Counted from the stretch's first letter, positions 26,476 through 35,572 are shown. The stretch: DNA of 64,000 nucleotides from Candidatus Aenigmatarchaeota archaeon (GCA_042584825.1 JBHOSK010000001.1:78393-142392), one strand, 5' to 3'. Notes: generated from the sequence alone by a model not told the origin. Numbers and translations are program-made.

Positions 26476-26802
26476 ATGATACCTATGACAGACGCAAATA
26501 AAGTGTTAGAGGTAATAGAACTTGCTAGAGAAACCGGTAAACTTAGAAAAGGTATAAACGAATCAACAAAAGCAATTGAACGTGGAGACGCAAAATTAAT
26601 CATAATAGCTGACGACATATCACCACCTGAAATTGTAATGCACTTAGAACCCCTTTGTGAAGAAAAGAAAATTAAGTTAGTGAAGGTTCCTAGTAAGTCT
26701 GAATTAGGAAGAGCCGCAGGACTAGACGTACCAACTACATCTATAGCTATTGTAGATGCAGGAGATGGAAAAGGTAAGTTAGAATTGCTTCTTAAACAAT
26801 GA
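26476..26802 (+). CDS. rpl7ae: 50S ribosomal protein L7Ae (also sRNP component)
   Basis: GKLRKGINESTKAIERGDAKLIIIADDISPPEIVMHLEPLCEEKKI matches L7Ae/L30e. Confidence 0.9.
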   Translation: MIPMTDANKVLEVIELARETGKLRKGINESTKAIERGDAKLIIIADDISPPEIVMHLEPLCEEKKIKLVKVPSKSELGRAAGLDVPTTSIAIVDAGDGKGKLELLLKQ

Positions 26803-26840
26803 GTTTAATAACTAAACTGACATTGTTTAAGCAATAGGTA

Positions 26841-27065
26841 ATGAAAGTGATAACTATGGAAGACGCAACACCTGCTGAAGTAATCTCGATTCTAAAGAGA
26901 TCTGGCACTAAAGGAATAATCAGAGCTAGGTGTCGTGTTGTTGATGGTAAAGATAAAGGAAAAATATTAACAAGAAATCTTATTGGTCCAATAAAACTGG
27001 GCGACCTTGTAATGCTTCGGGAAACTGAGATGGATTCTAGCGGAAGTTTTGGTGAGAGGAGATAA
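26841..27065 (+). CDS. rps28e: 30S ribosomal protein S28e
   Basis: AEVISILKRSGTKGIIRARCRVVDGKDKGKILTRNLIGPIKLGDLVMLRETE. Confidence 0.9.
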   Translation: MKVITMEDATPAEVISILKRSGTKGIIRARCRVVDGKDKGKILTRNLIGPIKLGDLVMLRETEMDSSGSFGERR

Positions 27066-27067
27066 AT

Positions 27068-27238
27068 ATGGCAAAATGCTCTTTTTGTAAAGTTATTATA
27101 GAAAAAGGAAGAGGAAAAATGTACGTTGAAAAAACAGGAAAAATATCATGGTTTTGCAGCAGCAAATGTGAAAAGAATACACTTCAACTAAAACGTGACC
27201 CAAGAAATTTCAAATGGGCAAGAGAACGGGTGGAGTAA
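27068..27238 (+). CDS. rpl24e: 50S ribosomal protein L24e
   Basis: MAKCSFCKVIIEKGRGKMYVEKTGKISWFCSSKCEKN zinc-ribbon pattern. Not in the ORF track (<60 aa). Confidence 0.85.
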   Translation: MAKCSFCKVIIEKGRGKMYVEKTGKISWFCSSKCEKNTLQLKRDPRNFKWARERVE

Positions 27239-27478
27239 ATGAATACAGGGAGACCAAGACCACGCAATGATCTAAGAATGGATCAGATACCAGAAACACC
27301 ATATTCTTTTGAAGCAGACGGTACTTATGGGAGAATAAGAGTTACTATACACAGTGCACGACAAGACCAACCAAACACAGCTCCATTTTATTTTACTGCA
27401 GGAACACAACCTAATAGTGGAACCCTTTCAGGATCAGATACTATAGGAGACGTAAAAGAAACCTTCGTCAGTAAATAG
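27239..27478 (+). CDS. Orphan protein, Lys-poor composition class, abutting rpl24e
   Basis: 79-aa ORF whose ATG directly follows the L24e stop (TAAATG). 2 K vs 7 R. Arg is mostly AGA. No family recognised. Confidence 0.45.
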   Translation: MNTGRPRPRNDLRMDQIPETPYSFEADGTYGRIRVTIHSARQDQPNTAPFYFTAGTQPNSGTLSGSDTIGDVKETFVSK

Positions 27479-27509
27479 GTAAAAAGAATTGAATATAAAC
27501 AATAAACAC

Positions 27510-28019
27510 CTATCTTCTATCTATTTTCCCTAACAAAGAAATAATATCACTTCTTGTCAAAATACCAATAATTTTATTGTTTCTTACAACAGGTAATGTT
27601 TCTATATCTCTTTCATTCATGAGTTTTGCAGCTTTGTAAATATCATCTTTATCACTTATGCACAATACTTTCTTCTTCATTATAGATTTCACAGGTCTTT
27701 TGATAACTTTTTTTATGGATCTCTTTATTCCATCGTATTCTTCTCCCGTTATAGTAGCCATAACAAGTGTTAATGCATTTTGATTTTGTATACCCGAATG
27801 AGCATCTATTGATTTTAGAACATCAGTCTTTGTCACAATGCCAACCACTTTTTTCTGACCATCTACAATAGGACAACTGCTTATATCATTTCTAGAAAGC
27901 ATGTGTATTGCGGTTTGTATTTTATCACCCTGTTTAAGACACAGCGGCTTTCTTGTCATCACGTCTTTTACCTTCATATCTAATTTTTGGTTTAGCATGA
28001 ATAAAAAGATTGACAACAT
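27510..28019 (-). CDS. CBS-domain pair protein
   Basis: Two CBS repeats (VKDVMTRKP...IVDGQKKVVGIVTKTDVL; VKSIMKKKVLCIS...VVRNNKIIGILTRSDII). ttaaaaagg box 23 nt upstream of ATG 28019. Confidence 0.85.
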   Translation of the reverse strand: MLSIFLFMLNQKLDMKVKDVMTRKPLCLKQGDKIQTAIHMLSRNDISSCPIVDGQKKVVGIVTKTDVLKSIDAHSGIQNQNALTLVMATITGEEYDGIKRSIKKVIKRPVKSIMKKKVLCISDKDDIYKAAKLMNERDIETLPVVRNNKIIGILTRSDIISLLGKIDRR

Positions 28020-28127
28020 CGAGTAAAAAACGACCAGAAAAACCTTTTTAATTCTTTGCTCTCAATATTTAAAGGATTACTATATAATAAACAGTACCAA
28101 AATCTAAAAATCTAAGAATGTGGTTGA

Positions 28128-28673
28128 ATGGCTGAAAAAAACGAACCCCAACAATTGAGAAAAATTATCAGAATTATGGAAACAGACATAGATGGATCCA
28201 TGTATATTATACGAGCTCTTAGAAAAATAAAGGGTGTAAGTTTTATGTTCGCAAATGCAGTTTGCATTAAAATGAATATTGATCCAAAAGCAAAGGTAGG
28301 TACACTAGATCAAGAACAACTCGAAAAAATAAGAGAAATGATAAAAACCCCAGACCTTCCATCTTGGATGATAAACAGAAGAAACGATCCAGAAACAGGT
28401 AAAGATGGTCATTTAGCAGGAAGCGCAATAATGTTAAGTTTAAGGGAAGACGTTAACACAATGAGAAAAACAAGATCATATCGTGGTATTCGTCATGAAT
28501 TAGGTTTGCCTGTGCGTGGTCAACGTACAAGAAGCAGTTTTAGAAAAAATAAAACAGTAGGTGTTTCCAAGAAAAAAGCAATGCAAGCAAAAAGCGGAAA
28601 AAAGAAGGGATCAACAGGCGGATCAAAAGGATCAAAAAAAGGCGGATCAAAAAAAGGCGGAAAGAAAAAATAA
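28128..28673 (+). CDS. rps13: 30S ribosomal protein S13 (uS13) with Lys/Gly-rich tail
   Basis: IIRIMETDIDGSMYIIRALRKIKGVSFMFANAVC...RGIRHELGLPVRGQRTRS. Confidence 0.9.
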   Translation: MAEKNEPQQLRKIIRIMETDIDGSMYIIRALRKIKGVSFMFANAVCIKMNIDPKAKVGTLDQEQLEKIREMIKTPDLPSWMINRRNDPETGKDGHLAGSAIMLSLREDVNTMRKTRSYRGIRHELGLPVRGQRTRSSFRKNKTVGVSKKKAMQAKSGKKKGSTGGSKGSKKGGSKKGGKKK

Positions 28674-28682
28674 GGTGAAATA

Positions 28683-29177
28683 ATGGGACATCCAAAAAAA
28701 CATCGAAGAAAAACATCAAATCCATTTAGACCTTACGATAAAGAAAGAATACAACGAGAAAAAACGATCATGAAAGAGTTTGGATTAAGAAGAAAAAAAG
28801 AAATAAGAAAAGCTGAAAGTATTTTAAGAAATTTCCGAAGAAGAGCTAGAAGATTACAAGCATCCAAAGACGAAAACAAGGAAAAGGCACTTTTTGATAA
28901 ATTACATAAAATGGGACTTGTTAAACCAAGCGCAAAATTAGAAGAAGTTTTGGAAATTAATGTTGAAGATATTTTGTCAAGAAGACTTCAAACAGTTATT
29001 TACAAAAAAGGTCTTGCAAATACAGTAAGTCAAGCAAGACAAACAATAACACACGGACACATTTGTATAGATGATAGACGAGTAAAATGGCCAGGTGTTA
29101 TGGTTACAGTTGATTTAGAAAATAAAATTGAACTTAATAAAAAAATGCATGGAACTTTAAAGGGGGTATCTGAATGA
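28683..29177 (+). CDS. rps4: 30S ribosomal protein S4 (uS4)
   Basis: [24 protein letters not shown]-terminus and the S4 domain [18 protein letters not shown]. Confidence 0.9.
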   Translation: MGHPKKHRRKTSNPFRPYDKERIQREKTIMKEFGLRRKKEIRKAESILRNFRRRARRLQASKDENKEKALFDKLHKMGLVKPSAKLEEVLEINVEDILSRRLQTVIYKKGLANTVSQARQTITHGHICIDDRRVKWPGVMVTVDLENKIELNKKMHGTLKGVSE

Positions 29178-29560
29178 CAGAGAAATGGGCCATAGCGCAT
29201 ATTTTTTCATCATCGAATAACACAATTATTCACATCACAGACATTACTGGATCTGAAACAATTGCAATTACATCAGGTGGTATGGTTACTGATAAAGACA
29301 TGAATAAAGGAAAACCCTTCAGCGCAATGATAGCTGCTAAAAAGGCAGCCGAAAAAGCAAGAGAATATGGGATAACACACATGAACATTAAAATAAGAGC
29401 TCCTGGAGGTAATAAATCCAAAATACCTGGTCAAGGAGCACAACCAGCTATTCGTGCACTTGCACGAGTTGGTTTCAGAATTGGTCAAATAGAAGATATA
29501 ACACCAATATCACACGATTGCTCAAGGAAGAAGGGTGGTCGACGTGGTAGACGTGTATAA
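29174..29560 (+). CDS. rps11: 30S ribosomal protein S11 (uS11)
   Basis: [28 protein letters not shown]...[27 protein letters not shown] overlap with rps4. Confidence 0.9.
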   Translation: MTEKWAIAHIFSSSNNTIIHITDITGSETIAITSGGMVTDKDMNKGKPFSAMIAAKKAAEKAREYGITHMNIKIRAPGGNKSKIPGQGAQPAIRALARVGFRIGQIEDITPISHDCSRKKGGRRGRRV

Positions 29561-29595
29561 AAAGGAATCGAATATATAATTATAAACATAAAAAG

Positions 29596-30186
29596 GTGGT
29601 TAATATTTTGATAAAAGTTATTGAAAAAGAAGATAGAAAACTAAAATTCAATATAACCTGTGATATGGGATTTGCTAATGCACTTAGAAGAGTTTTAATG
29701 AACGAAGTACCTGTTCTGTCAATCGAAACAGTAAGTTTTGAAAAAAACACGTCAGGAATGTTTGATGAAATACTTGCACACAGACTTGGCTTAGTACCAC
29801 TAAAATTTGATAGAAAATTAATGACAAAAAAAGGTAGTTTATCTCAAGTTACCTTCTCATTAGAAAAAACAGGTCCATGTAACGTCACAGCAGGAGATCT
29901 TATTTCTAAAAGCGGTGAAGAAGCAGTGGACAAGGAAACACCACTCGTATCATTAGAGGAAAACCAAGAATTAAAATTCGACGCAGTTGCAGAACTTGGT
30001 GTAGGAAAAGAGCATTCAAAATGGCAATCATCTGTTGTAGGATATAAACAGGAAAAAGACGGTTATACATTCGAAGTTGAATCTGTGTGTGGCCTTACTG
30101 CAAAAGAACTGGTTGAATCAGCATTAGATGTTATTGAAGAAAAGGCAACAGAATTCGAAGCAGCATTCAAGAAAGCGATGAAGTAG
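29596..30186 (+). CDS. rpoD: DNA-directed RNA polymerase subunit D (Rpb3-like), short form
   Basis: FANALRRVLMNEVPVLSIETVSFEKNTSGMFDEILAHRLGLVPL. At 196 aa there is no Cys cluster domain. Confidence 0.8.
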   Translation: MVNILIKVIEKEDRKLKFNITCDMGFANALRRVLMNEVPVLSIETVSFEKNTSGMFDEILAHRLGLVPLKFDRKLMTKKGSLSQVTFSLEKTGPCNVTAGDLISKSGEEAVDKETPLVSLEENQELKFDAVAELGVGKEHSKWQSSVVGYKQEKDGYTFEVESVCGLTAKELVESALDVIEEKATEFEAAFKKAMK

Positions 30187-30279
30187 ATTTAAATAACTGC
30201 AACCAAACTTATTTCTAATAAGACAAAAAACAAATAATATATTAATTAGGAAAGCTTACATATTAAGAAGGAAAACCTT

Positions 30280-30420
30280 GCGGGGGTTTCCGAGCGGTCA
30301 AAGGAGCAGGACTTAAGATGGTATTAAGTTTATCTTAAGTTTGGAGTAGTTTATCTACAATGACATAAAAAGAAATCCTGTGGGTTAGTCCCTTCGTGAG
30401 TTCGAGTCTCACCCCCCGCA
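30280..30420 (+). tRNA. tRNA-Leu(UAA) with a 57-nt intron at the canonical 37/38 position
   Basis: Acceptor GCGGGGG/CCCCCGC. D arm TCC-GAGCGGTCAAA-GGA. Anticodon arm CAGGA-CTTAAGA...TCCTG. Long variable arm. T arm GTGAG-TTCGAGT-CTCAC. Intron segment TCTTAAGT is complementary to ACTTAAGA of the anticodon region. Confidence 0.85.
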
Positions 30421-30457
30421 ATTTTTGGTGCTAGTTTTAAGAAGATTACAGTTTCTA

Positions 30458-30895
30458 ATGTTTGAGATGGGCAAATTACAACCGGAACCACGACCGAGCG
30501 GATTAAGATACCAAGATGAAGAATTTGATGGCAAAATATACCGGATGGCCACTGCTATGGTACCAGGAACCATACACGAAGTCCCAGTCTCAGTAATTCC
30601 TGGAAAAACAGAAAAGAGAGGCGACGATTATCTAGGGTTTTGGGTAAAAACATCACCACACTCACCAACAGGCTTAAGATTAACTGCATTTCTCGAGTAT
30701 CACAACCCAACAACAATCCGACAAATAGAACAAAACGTAGCTCCTGCTTCTGGATTAGATGGTATACCATTAGCATATGTATTTTCACAGAATGATGGTG
30801 GTCCTGAAAGAAGGGTAATAGGATTTAGTCATAAATATGGAATACAAGACTCTCTTAGTATTCCTTTAAGAGATCCTAATCCAGATTCTGGATAA
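30458..30895 (+). CDS. Orphan protein, Lys-poor composition class, in the position where rpl18e is normally found
   Basis: 146-aa ORF from ATG 30458, starting 38 nt after tRNA-Leu. No resemblance to L18e noticed. Confidence 0.45.
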   Translation: MFEMGKLQPEPRPSGLRYQDEEFDGKIYRMATAMVPGTIHEVPVSVIPGKTEKRGDDYLGFWVKTSPHSPTGLRLTAFLEYHNPTTIRQIEQNVAPASGLDGIPLAYVFSQNDGGPERRVIGFSHKYGIQDSLSIPLRDPNPDSG

Positions 30896-30897
30896 AA

Positions 30898-30916
30898 CAC
30901 CATTTAAAAACTTTTG
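30898..30916 (+). promoter_or_regulatory. BRE/TATA-like promoter for the rpl13-rps9 operon
   Basis: caccaTTTAAAAActtttg ends ~11 nt before ATG 30927. The TATA core is ~17-24 nt upstream, consistent with a leaderless start. Confidence 0.5.
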
Positions 30917-30926
30917 CTAAGAAATA

Positions 30927-31346
30927 ATGTTGATGAGTATGACTATAAACATAGATGCAAAAAATGTGGTGCTTGGAAGGCTTGCAACTTTTGTAGCAAA
31001 GGAGCTAATAAAAGGCGAATCAGTTAACATCATAAATGCAGAAAAAGCCATTATTACAGGAAACCCAAGCAAGATAATAGATAGATACATGCAGCGCAGA
31101 AGACGTGGTACACCACATCACGGACCATTTATATCAAAAACCCCAGAAAAGATAGTTAAGAGAACAATTCGTGGAATGTTACCATTTCATTCAAAAAAAG
31201 GAAGAGACTACTATAAAAAACTAAAAGTCTATGTTTCAATACCAGATAAGCTTGATGGAGAAAAAAAGGAAATCAAGGCAAAAGAAATCAGATCAGAGTT
31301 TATAACAATTGGAAAGTTATCAAAGGCATTAGGATATAAGGTGTGA
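30927..31346 (+). CDS. rpl13: 50S ribosomal protein L13 (uL13)
   Basis: INIDAKNVVLGRLATFVAKELIKGESVNIINAEKAIITG. Confidence 0.9.
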   Translation: MLMSMTINIDAKNVVLGRLATFVAKELIKGESVNIINAEKAIITGNPSKIIDRYMQRRRRGTPHHGPFISKTPEKIVKRTIRGMLPFHSKKGRDYYKKLKVYVSIPDKLDGEKKEIKAKEIRSEFITIGKLSKALGYKV

Positions 31347-31771
31347 AGATGGCAAAGAAAACAAAAAAAGAAACCAACATAATTTGTGTGGGAAAAAGAA
31401 AAAAAGCAGTTGCCAGAGCTGTAATTAAAAAAGGTACAGGTAAAATTAGAATAAATAAAAAACCACTAGATTTTTTCGATAATTATAAGAAATTAAGAAT
31501 AAACGAAGCTATTCTTCTTGCAGAAAATGCTGCAAAAGAAGTTGATATTAGTGTAACTGTTACTGGTGGAGGAGCATGGGGCCAAGTGGATGCTGCAAGA
31601 ACAGCAATCGCAAACGCAATCCTACAATACTCAAAAAATCCAGAATTAAGAAAAACATATGTTGCATATGATCGTTCATTACTAATTTCAGACCCAAGAA
31701 GAACAGAACAACACAAGCCATCAAGAAGTAGCAAAGGACCAAGAAGAGGCAAACAGCAAAGTAAGAGATAG
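31343..31771 (+). CDS. rps9: 30S ribosomal protein S9 (uS9)
   Basis: CVGKRKKAVARAVIKKGTGKIRINKKPL...C-terminal KPSRSSKGPRRGKQQSKR. Confidence 0.9.
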   Translation: MKMAKKTKKETNIICVGKRKKAVARAVIKKGTGKIRINKKPLDFFDNYKKLRINEAILLAENAAKEVDISVTVTGGGAWGQVDAARTAIANAILQYSKNPELRKTYVAYDRSLLISDPRRTEQHKPSRSSKGPRRGKQQSKR

Positions 31772-31845
31772 TGTTTTAAAGGTTTTTATATAGAAGATAC
31801 AAAAGTATATGATAAAACGAGACGCTTAAAATAGACGTGATATAA

Positions 31846-32040
31846 ATGATAATTCCTATTCGATGTATGACATGCGGAAAACCTTTAGCAGGCCTTTGGG
31901 AAAAATTTAAAGAACGCAGAACAAAAGGAGAAGATACAAAGAAAATTCTAGATTCACTTGGACTTGACAGATATTGTTGCAGAGCATTATTTCTAACACA
32001 CAAAGACGTTTTCCCAGAAACAACAAAATTCCATGTGTAA
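31846..32040 (+). CDS. rpoN: DNA-directed RNA polymerase subunit N (Rpb10)
   Basis: MIIPIRCMTCGKPLAGLWEKF...LGLDRYCCRALFLTH. Confidence 0.9.
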   Translation: MIIPIRCMTCGKPLAGLWEKFKERRTKGEDTKKILDSLGLDRYCCRALFLTHKDVFPETTKFHV

Positions 32041-32056
32041 AAACAATATATAAATT

Positions 32057-32314
32057 GTGATAAAATTGCCAAAATATGAACTAGTAGCGAGAGGAGCAGT
32101 AAGGGAACAAAGAATCCGCGCACTTTGGAAACAAGGTAATAGTAGATACGCCCATTTTCTAGAAGGATTAACACCAGGTACACACTATACAAGAGACCAA
32201 ATAGCAATAGGTGTCGCTATTGGTTTTCAAGAATATCCAGGAGAAAAAAAACCAATCCCATCAGAATTCACACAACGAGCAATAAGAAAAGGTGATTTGA
32301 GGATTGTTAATTAA
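32057..32314 (+). CDS. Orphan protein, Arg-rich composition class
   Basis: 85-aa ORF (GTG start) 16 nt after the rpoN stop. No family recognised. Confidence 0.4.
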   Translation: MIKLPKYELVARGAVREQRIRALWKQGNSRYAHFLEGLTPGTHYTRDQIAIGVAIGFQEYPGEKKPIPSEFTQRAIRKGDLRIVN

Positions 32315-32363
32315 CTAGTCTCTCTTTTTAAGTCTTTACCGCACTTATAATAATTGTGGTTTT

Positions 32364-33125
32364 ATGGTAGGAGCAATGTTATCAGGTCTTTCAAAAAATC
32401 TGTTCGACGATAGAGTAACTCCATCCGACGCAAGTAGATTTCTTAGTGATGCCGAGGACCCTACAACTACATATGAAACTGCTCCGCTTTTTGGAAACAG
32501 TAATCCAAGACCACCAACCGAAACTTATTTTGATCATAACCTAACTGGAACAGGAACCCTTGCATGGTATCTAGATCCTTTAGAAGTCGAAGATGCATAT
32601 CCAGCAGCAGGCAGAGAATTAAGAAGATTAATCGGGCCAAACCCAATAATGGCTTACAATCCAGATGTTGCAAAAAGAAGCATGCTTTATGGAGAAAATG
32701 AATTATTGGAATCAATAGACGATCACGAAAAAACACACGGCGCACAACAAGCAAAACAGCACATAAAGAGAATAGGTGCAAGAACACAGTTTGGAACATT
32801 GCCTATAGGAGAAATGATAATAGAAGGTTCTGTTGAATACGCTTTAGATAGAAGACACACAGAAATGAGTAGAAAAGGAAGAAGAGTTGCAAAAGCACCA
32901 AGCAGATATTTTGACAGAAGAATGGGTAGATCAACATACGGCATTTATAGAGAATTTGTATATGATTTAGAAGGACTACAGAAAGGTGTTACCAGAAGAG
33001 TATTCAAAGCAGCCGAACGCGGAGGAGCAAATGCTGTATTAAGAACACTACAATCAGTAAAAGGAATTGACAGATTGATATCAAAATACGCTTTGGAATT
33101 AACTGGAGCATCAAGATTAAACTAG
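32364..33125 (+). CDS. Orphan protein with HExxH motif (HEKTH), Lys-poor composition class
   Basis: 253-aa ORF. IDDHEKTHGAQQ is a possible metalloprotease motif. No signal peptide seen. Confidence 0.45.
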   Translation: MVGAMLSGLSKNLFDDRVTPSDASRFLSDAEDPTTTYETAPLFGNSNPRPPTETYFDHNLTGTGTLAWYLDPLEVEDAYPAAGRELRRLIGPNPIMAYNPDVAKRSMLYGENELLESIDDHEKTHGAQQAKQHIKRIGARTQFGTLPIGEMIIEGSVEYALDRRHTEMSRKGRRVAKAPSRYFDRRMGRSTYGIYREFVYDLEGLQKGVTRRVFKAAERGGANAVLRTLQSVKGIDRLISKYALELTGASRLN

Positions 33126-33126
33126 G

Positions 33127-33315
33127 TTAACCAATTATAATCTTATTTTTACCCTTGAATTTTGTACCAATTTTTGTTTCATCAGGAGTATAACCTTTTT
33201 GAAGCAATTTTATTTCTTCGTATGCCTTAATATGCTGTCTGCCATGTATTTTAAGCGATCTTTTATTCTTGAATTTTTTACCACAAACAAAACATTTTAC
33301 TACCATAACAATCAA
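33127..33315 (-). CDS. Stand-alone C2H2 zinc-finger protein
   Basis: CFVCGKKFKNKRSLKIHGRQH is a classical C-x2-C-x12-H-x4-H finger. Its core FKNK(K/R)SLKIH is shared with the primase C-terminus. Confidence 0.6.
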   Translation of the reverse strand: MIVMVVKCFVCGKKFKNKRSLKIHGRQHIKAYEEIKLLQKGYTPDETKIGTKFKGKNKIIIG

Positions 33316-33343
33316 TGATAAGTAAGGTGCAAAAATATAAAAA

Positions 33344-34429
33344 TCAAAATTTCTTTAATAATGATACGGCATCCTTACTTAGACCAACTTCTGCTGCAAG
33401 TTTTCTCTTTTTTGCTATCTGCTTGAAAAGCGGTATGTAAGTTCTGGCTATTCTTTTTGATTCACCGGTTTTTCCTGCTATTTCCTCTAAGAGGGCATTA
33501 ATTTTACTTTTTCTATATCTCGGAGGACGATATATGAAAAATTTTCTACTCATTTCTTTCTTACTTTTTGCTATTCCGAACAAAACCAAATTATAGTATT
33601 TCATTAAAGACCACGACTGTCTTCTTATTATACGAGAAGAAATTATATCATACAACGAAAGATATTCATATGCTGCAGGTAAATCCTCATTTGAATATTC
33701 TTCAGCTAAATTTTCTGATACCCAATTAATTATTTCATCCATACGCTTGTCCGAGTTCCTTATCGCATCTGAAACATTATCCATATCCCATGTTTTGAAT
33801 ATCACTTTCAGTGTATTGAATATATTATCTTTCTTTGGTCGTGATTCATTATGTTTTACGTTCTCTTCATTTACTTCATCCATTAAACTTAGATCAATTA
33901 GCGCAGAACGTACATCACCATTGCACATATTAGCAAACTGTCTTAAACAACCCTCATCGTATTTGATGTTCTCTGCATCACACACCCTTTTCAAAAACCC
34001 CGTCAGGTGCAACGAATTTACTTTATTGAATTTAATCATATCACAATATCTTCTGATATTTCTATGTTTGTAAGGATCACTTGTATAAACAACCACAGGA
34101 TGATGACTGTTCTTAATTATCTCAATTGTTTTACTTTCTTTTTCAGCATCAACGTCTATCACTATAATCTTACCTTTAAAGAAGAAGCTGACTTGATTAA
34201 GGCCTTTTAGAAAATCTTTTACATCCTTACCATCAAATTCAATCAATTGATGTTTAATATCATCTGAAATTAATTTTATACTTAAACTCTTGCCACAACC
34301 AGGTGGACCATGTATAAGAATTCCGCGCCCCTTTTCATAACTACTAATATAGGCCCTTATTTCATCTATTTGCTTCTTAATTCCGATTACTCCCTCTCTA
34401 TCTTTTGGCGAATATTTATCAACAAACAT
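33344..34429 (-). CDS. AAA+ ATPase, replication factor C large-subunit-like (short)
   Basis: FVDKYSPKD start typical of RFC. Walker A HGPPGCGKSL. Walker B IIVIDVD. C-terminal helical domain. Confidence 0.55.
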   Translation of the reverse strand: MFVDKYSPKDREGVIGIKKQIDEIRAYISSYEKGRGILIHGPPGCGKSLSIKLISDDIKHQLIEFDGKDVKDFLKGLNQVSFFFKGKIIVIDVDAEKESKTIEIIKNSHHPVVVYTSDPYKHRNIRRYCDMIKFNKVNSLHLTGFLKRVCDAENIKYDEGCLRQFANMCNGDVRSALIDLSLMDEVNEENVKHNESRPKKDNIFNTLKVIFKTWDMDNVSDAIRNSDKRMDEIINWVSENLAEEYSNEDLPAAYEYLSLYDIISSRIIRRQSWSLMKYYNLVLFGIAKSKKEMSRKFFIYRPPRYRKSKINALLEEIAGKTGESKRIARTYIPLFKQIAKKRKLAAEVGLSKDAVSLLKKF

Positions 34430-34497
34430 TATTATAACATTGAAAGAAATTGTTTAAAAATCATCTTTTTATTTAATCTAAACGAAAAAGATATATT

Positions 34498-34857
34498 ATG
34501 AAAGGTCAGTGGTTTATAATATCAGCAGTTGTTGCTTCGGGTGCCTTTTTAGCAATATCGGTACTTTTTCGTGGCTACTTCATTTTAGATAGTAATATAA
34601 TTTCACAGATGGATGAGGACTTCTATTTTCAAAACATAAAACAAGAATTATATCGAATAGAAGGTATGCAGGGCGACTGTGAAAGAAATGTTGTTGAGTT
34701 CGCCGAATTTGCAAAGCAATCAATGGCAAAAAAAGGATATTATTTGTTTGTGAATTATACTGGTAGTTGTCCATATGTATTTGGCATACTACTCGCGTCG
34801 GAGCGCGCAGTATATTACGAAAATGTTATTCCAGAAGAAATTTTAGGTAGTCCTTAG
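34498..34857 (+). CDS. Putative archaeal type IV pilin-like protein (class III signal peptide)
   Basis: MKGQWFIISAVVASGAFLAISVLF. A KG|Q prepilin-type cleavage motif is followed by a hydrophobic helix. Confidence 0.35.
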   Translation: MKGQWFIISAVVASGAFLAISVLFRGYFILDSNIISQMDEDFYFQNIKQELYRIEGMQGDCERNVVEFAEFAKQSMAKKGYYLFVNYTGSCPYVFGILLASERAVYYENVIPEEILGSP

Positions 34858-35154
34858 TTATGCAACAACGATGACCTGTGCGTGTGGAACATCATTTATT
34901 TTCATTACACAATCTCCATTAACAATATTATTATCAATAAGAAGAGATACAATATTATTTCCTGTTGCATTTATTATTGTTGCTCGACTTGCAAGTTCAA
35001 GTGCTTTTTTTTCATCACAATCTTCATTTCCATAGAAGTCTTTACTTAATTCAATTTCAATATTTTGGTCCTTTATTGTTTTTCCCAATAAATCTTTATC
35101 ACATATTGCAAGTAAAGTTTCGTCACTCCTTTGCATTATTTTATAGCTAAACAT
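34858..35154 (-). CDS. DUF424-family conserved archaeal protein
   Basis: LLAICDKDLLGKTI...FYGNE...INATGNNIVSLLIDNNIV pattern. Confidence 0.55.
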   Translation of the reverse strand: MFSYKIMQRSDETLLAICDKDLLGKTIKDQNIEIELSKDFYGNEDCDEKKALELASRATIINATGNNIVSLLIDNNIVNGDCVMKINDVPHAQVIVVA

Positions 35155-35155
35155 C

Positions 35156-35572
35156 TTAGACCCTCTTTATTGGCCTGCTAGCACCACAAGCCTCACATCT
35201 TATGAAAAATGTTTTCTCCCTTTTGACAAATGATGTATCAAGTTTTTTACACTCATTACATGTAACATATTCTTTTACGTAATCCAGTATTCTTTTTGAT
35301 ATAAGATCTTCATTTAATTTTCCCATAAGAACAAGTTCGTTACCTTTGATAGTTCCAGGAACAGCCAATTCTTTAAACAAATATTTTGCCATTTGTTCGG
35401 GTTCACGTCTCAAAACCTTTGCAATAGTCGAAAAATTTCTAATTACCGTCTGTCTACCTACTTTTTGAACACTCGGCCTAGGTATTTCTAATCTGCTTTC
35501 TGTTTGCTTTATCTCAGGCAACTTTTTTTTCGCCGCATCAAGCATCTTTTCATAATCACTTAAATCATTCAT
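35156..35572 (-). CDS. eif2b: Translation initiation factor aIF2 beta subunit
   Basis: YEKMLDAAKKKLPE N-terminus and C-terminal ribbon CNECKKLDTSFVKREKTFFIRCEACGASRPI. Confidence 0.85.
   Translation of the reverse strand: MNDLSDYEKMLDAAKKKLPEIKQTESRLEIPRPSVQKVGRQTVIRNFSTIAKVLRREPEQMAKYLFKELAVPGTIKGNELVLMGKLNEDLISKRILDYVKEYVTCNECKKLDTSFVKREKTFFIRCEACGASRPIKRV

Noticed and set aside
30896-30926. Looked for a duplicate of the tRNA-Leu 3' end after orphan 30458-30895, which would be an att scar like that at tRNA-Ser.
   Set aside because: There is no copy of ...GAGTCTCACCCCCCGCA or any substantial part of it. The segment is just the rpl13 promoter.
31776-32207. 143-aa ORF antisense to rpoN and to the start of 32057-32314.
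   Set aside because: It overlaps the unmistakable RpoN/Rpb10 coding sequence, and its hydrophobic low-complexity translation is typical of antisense frames.
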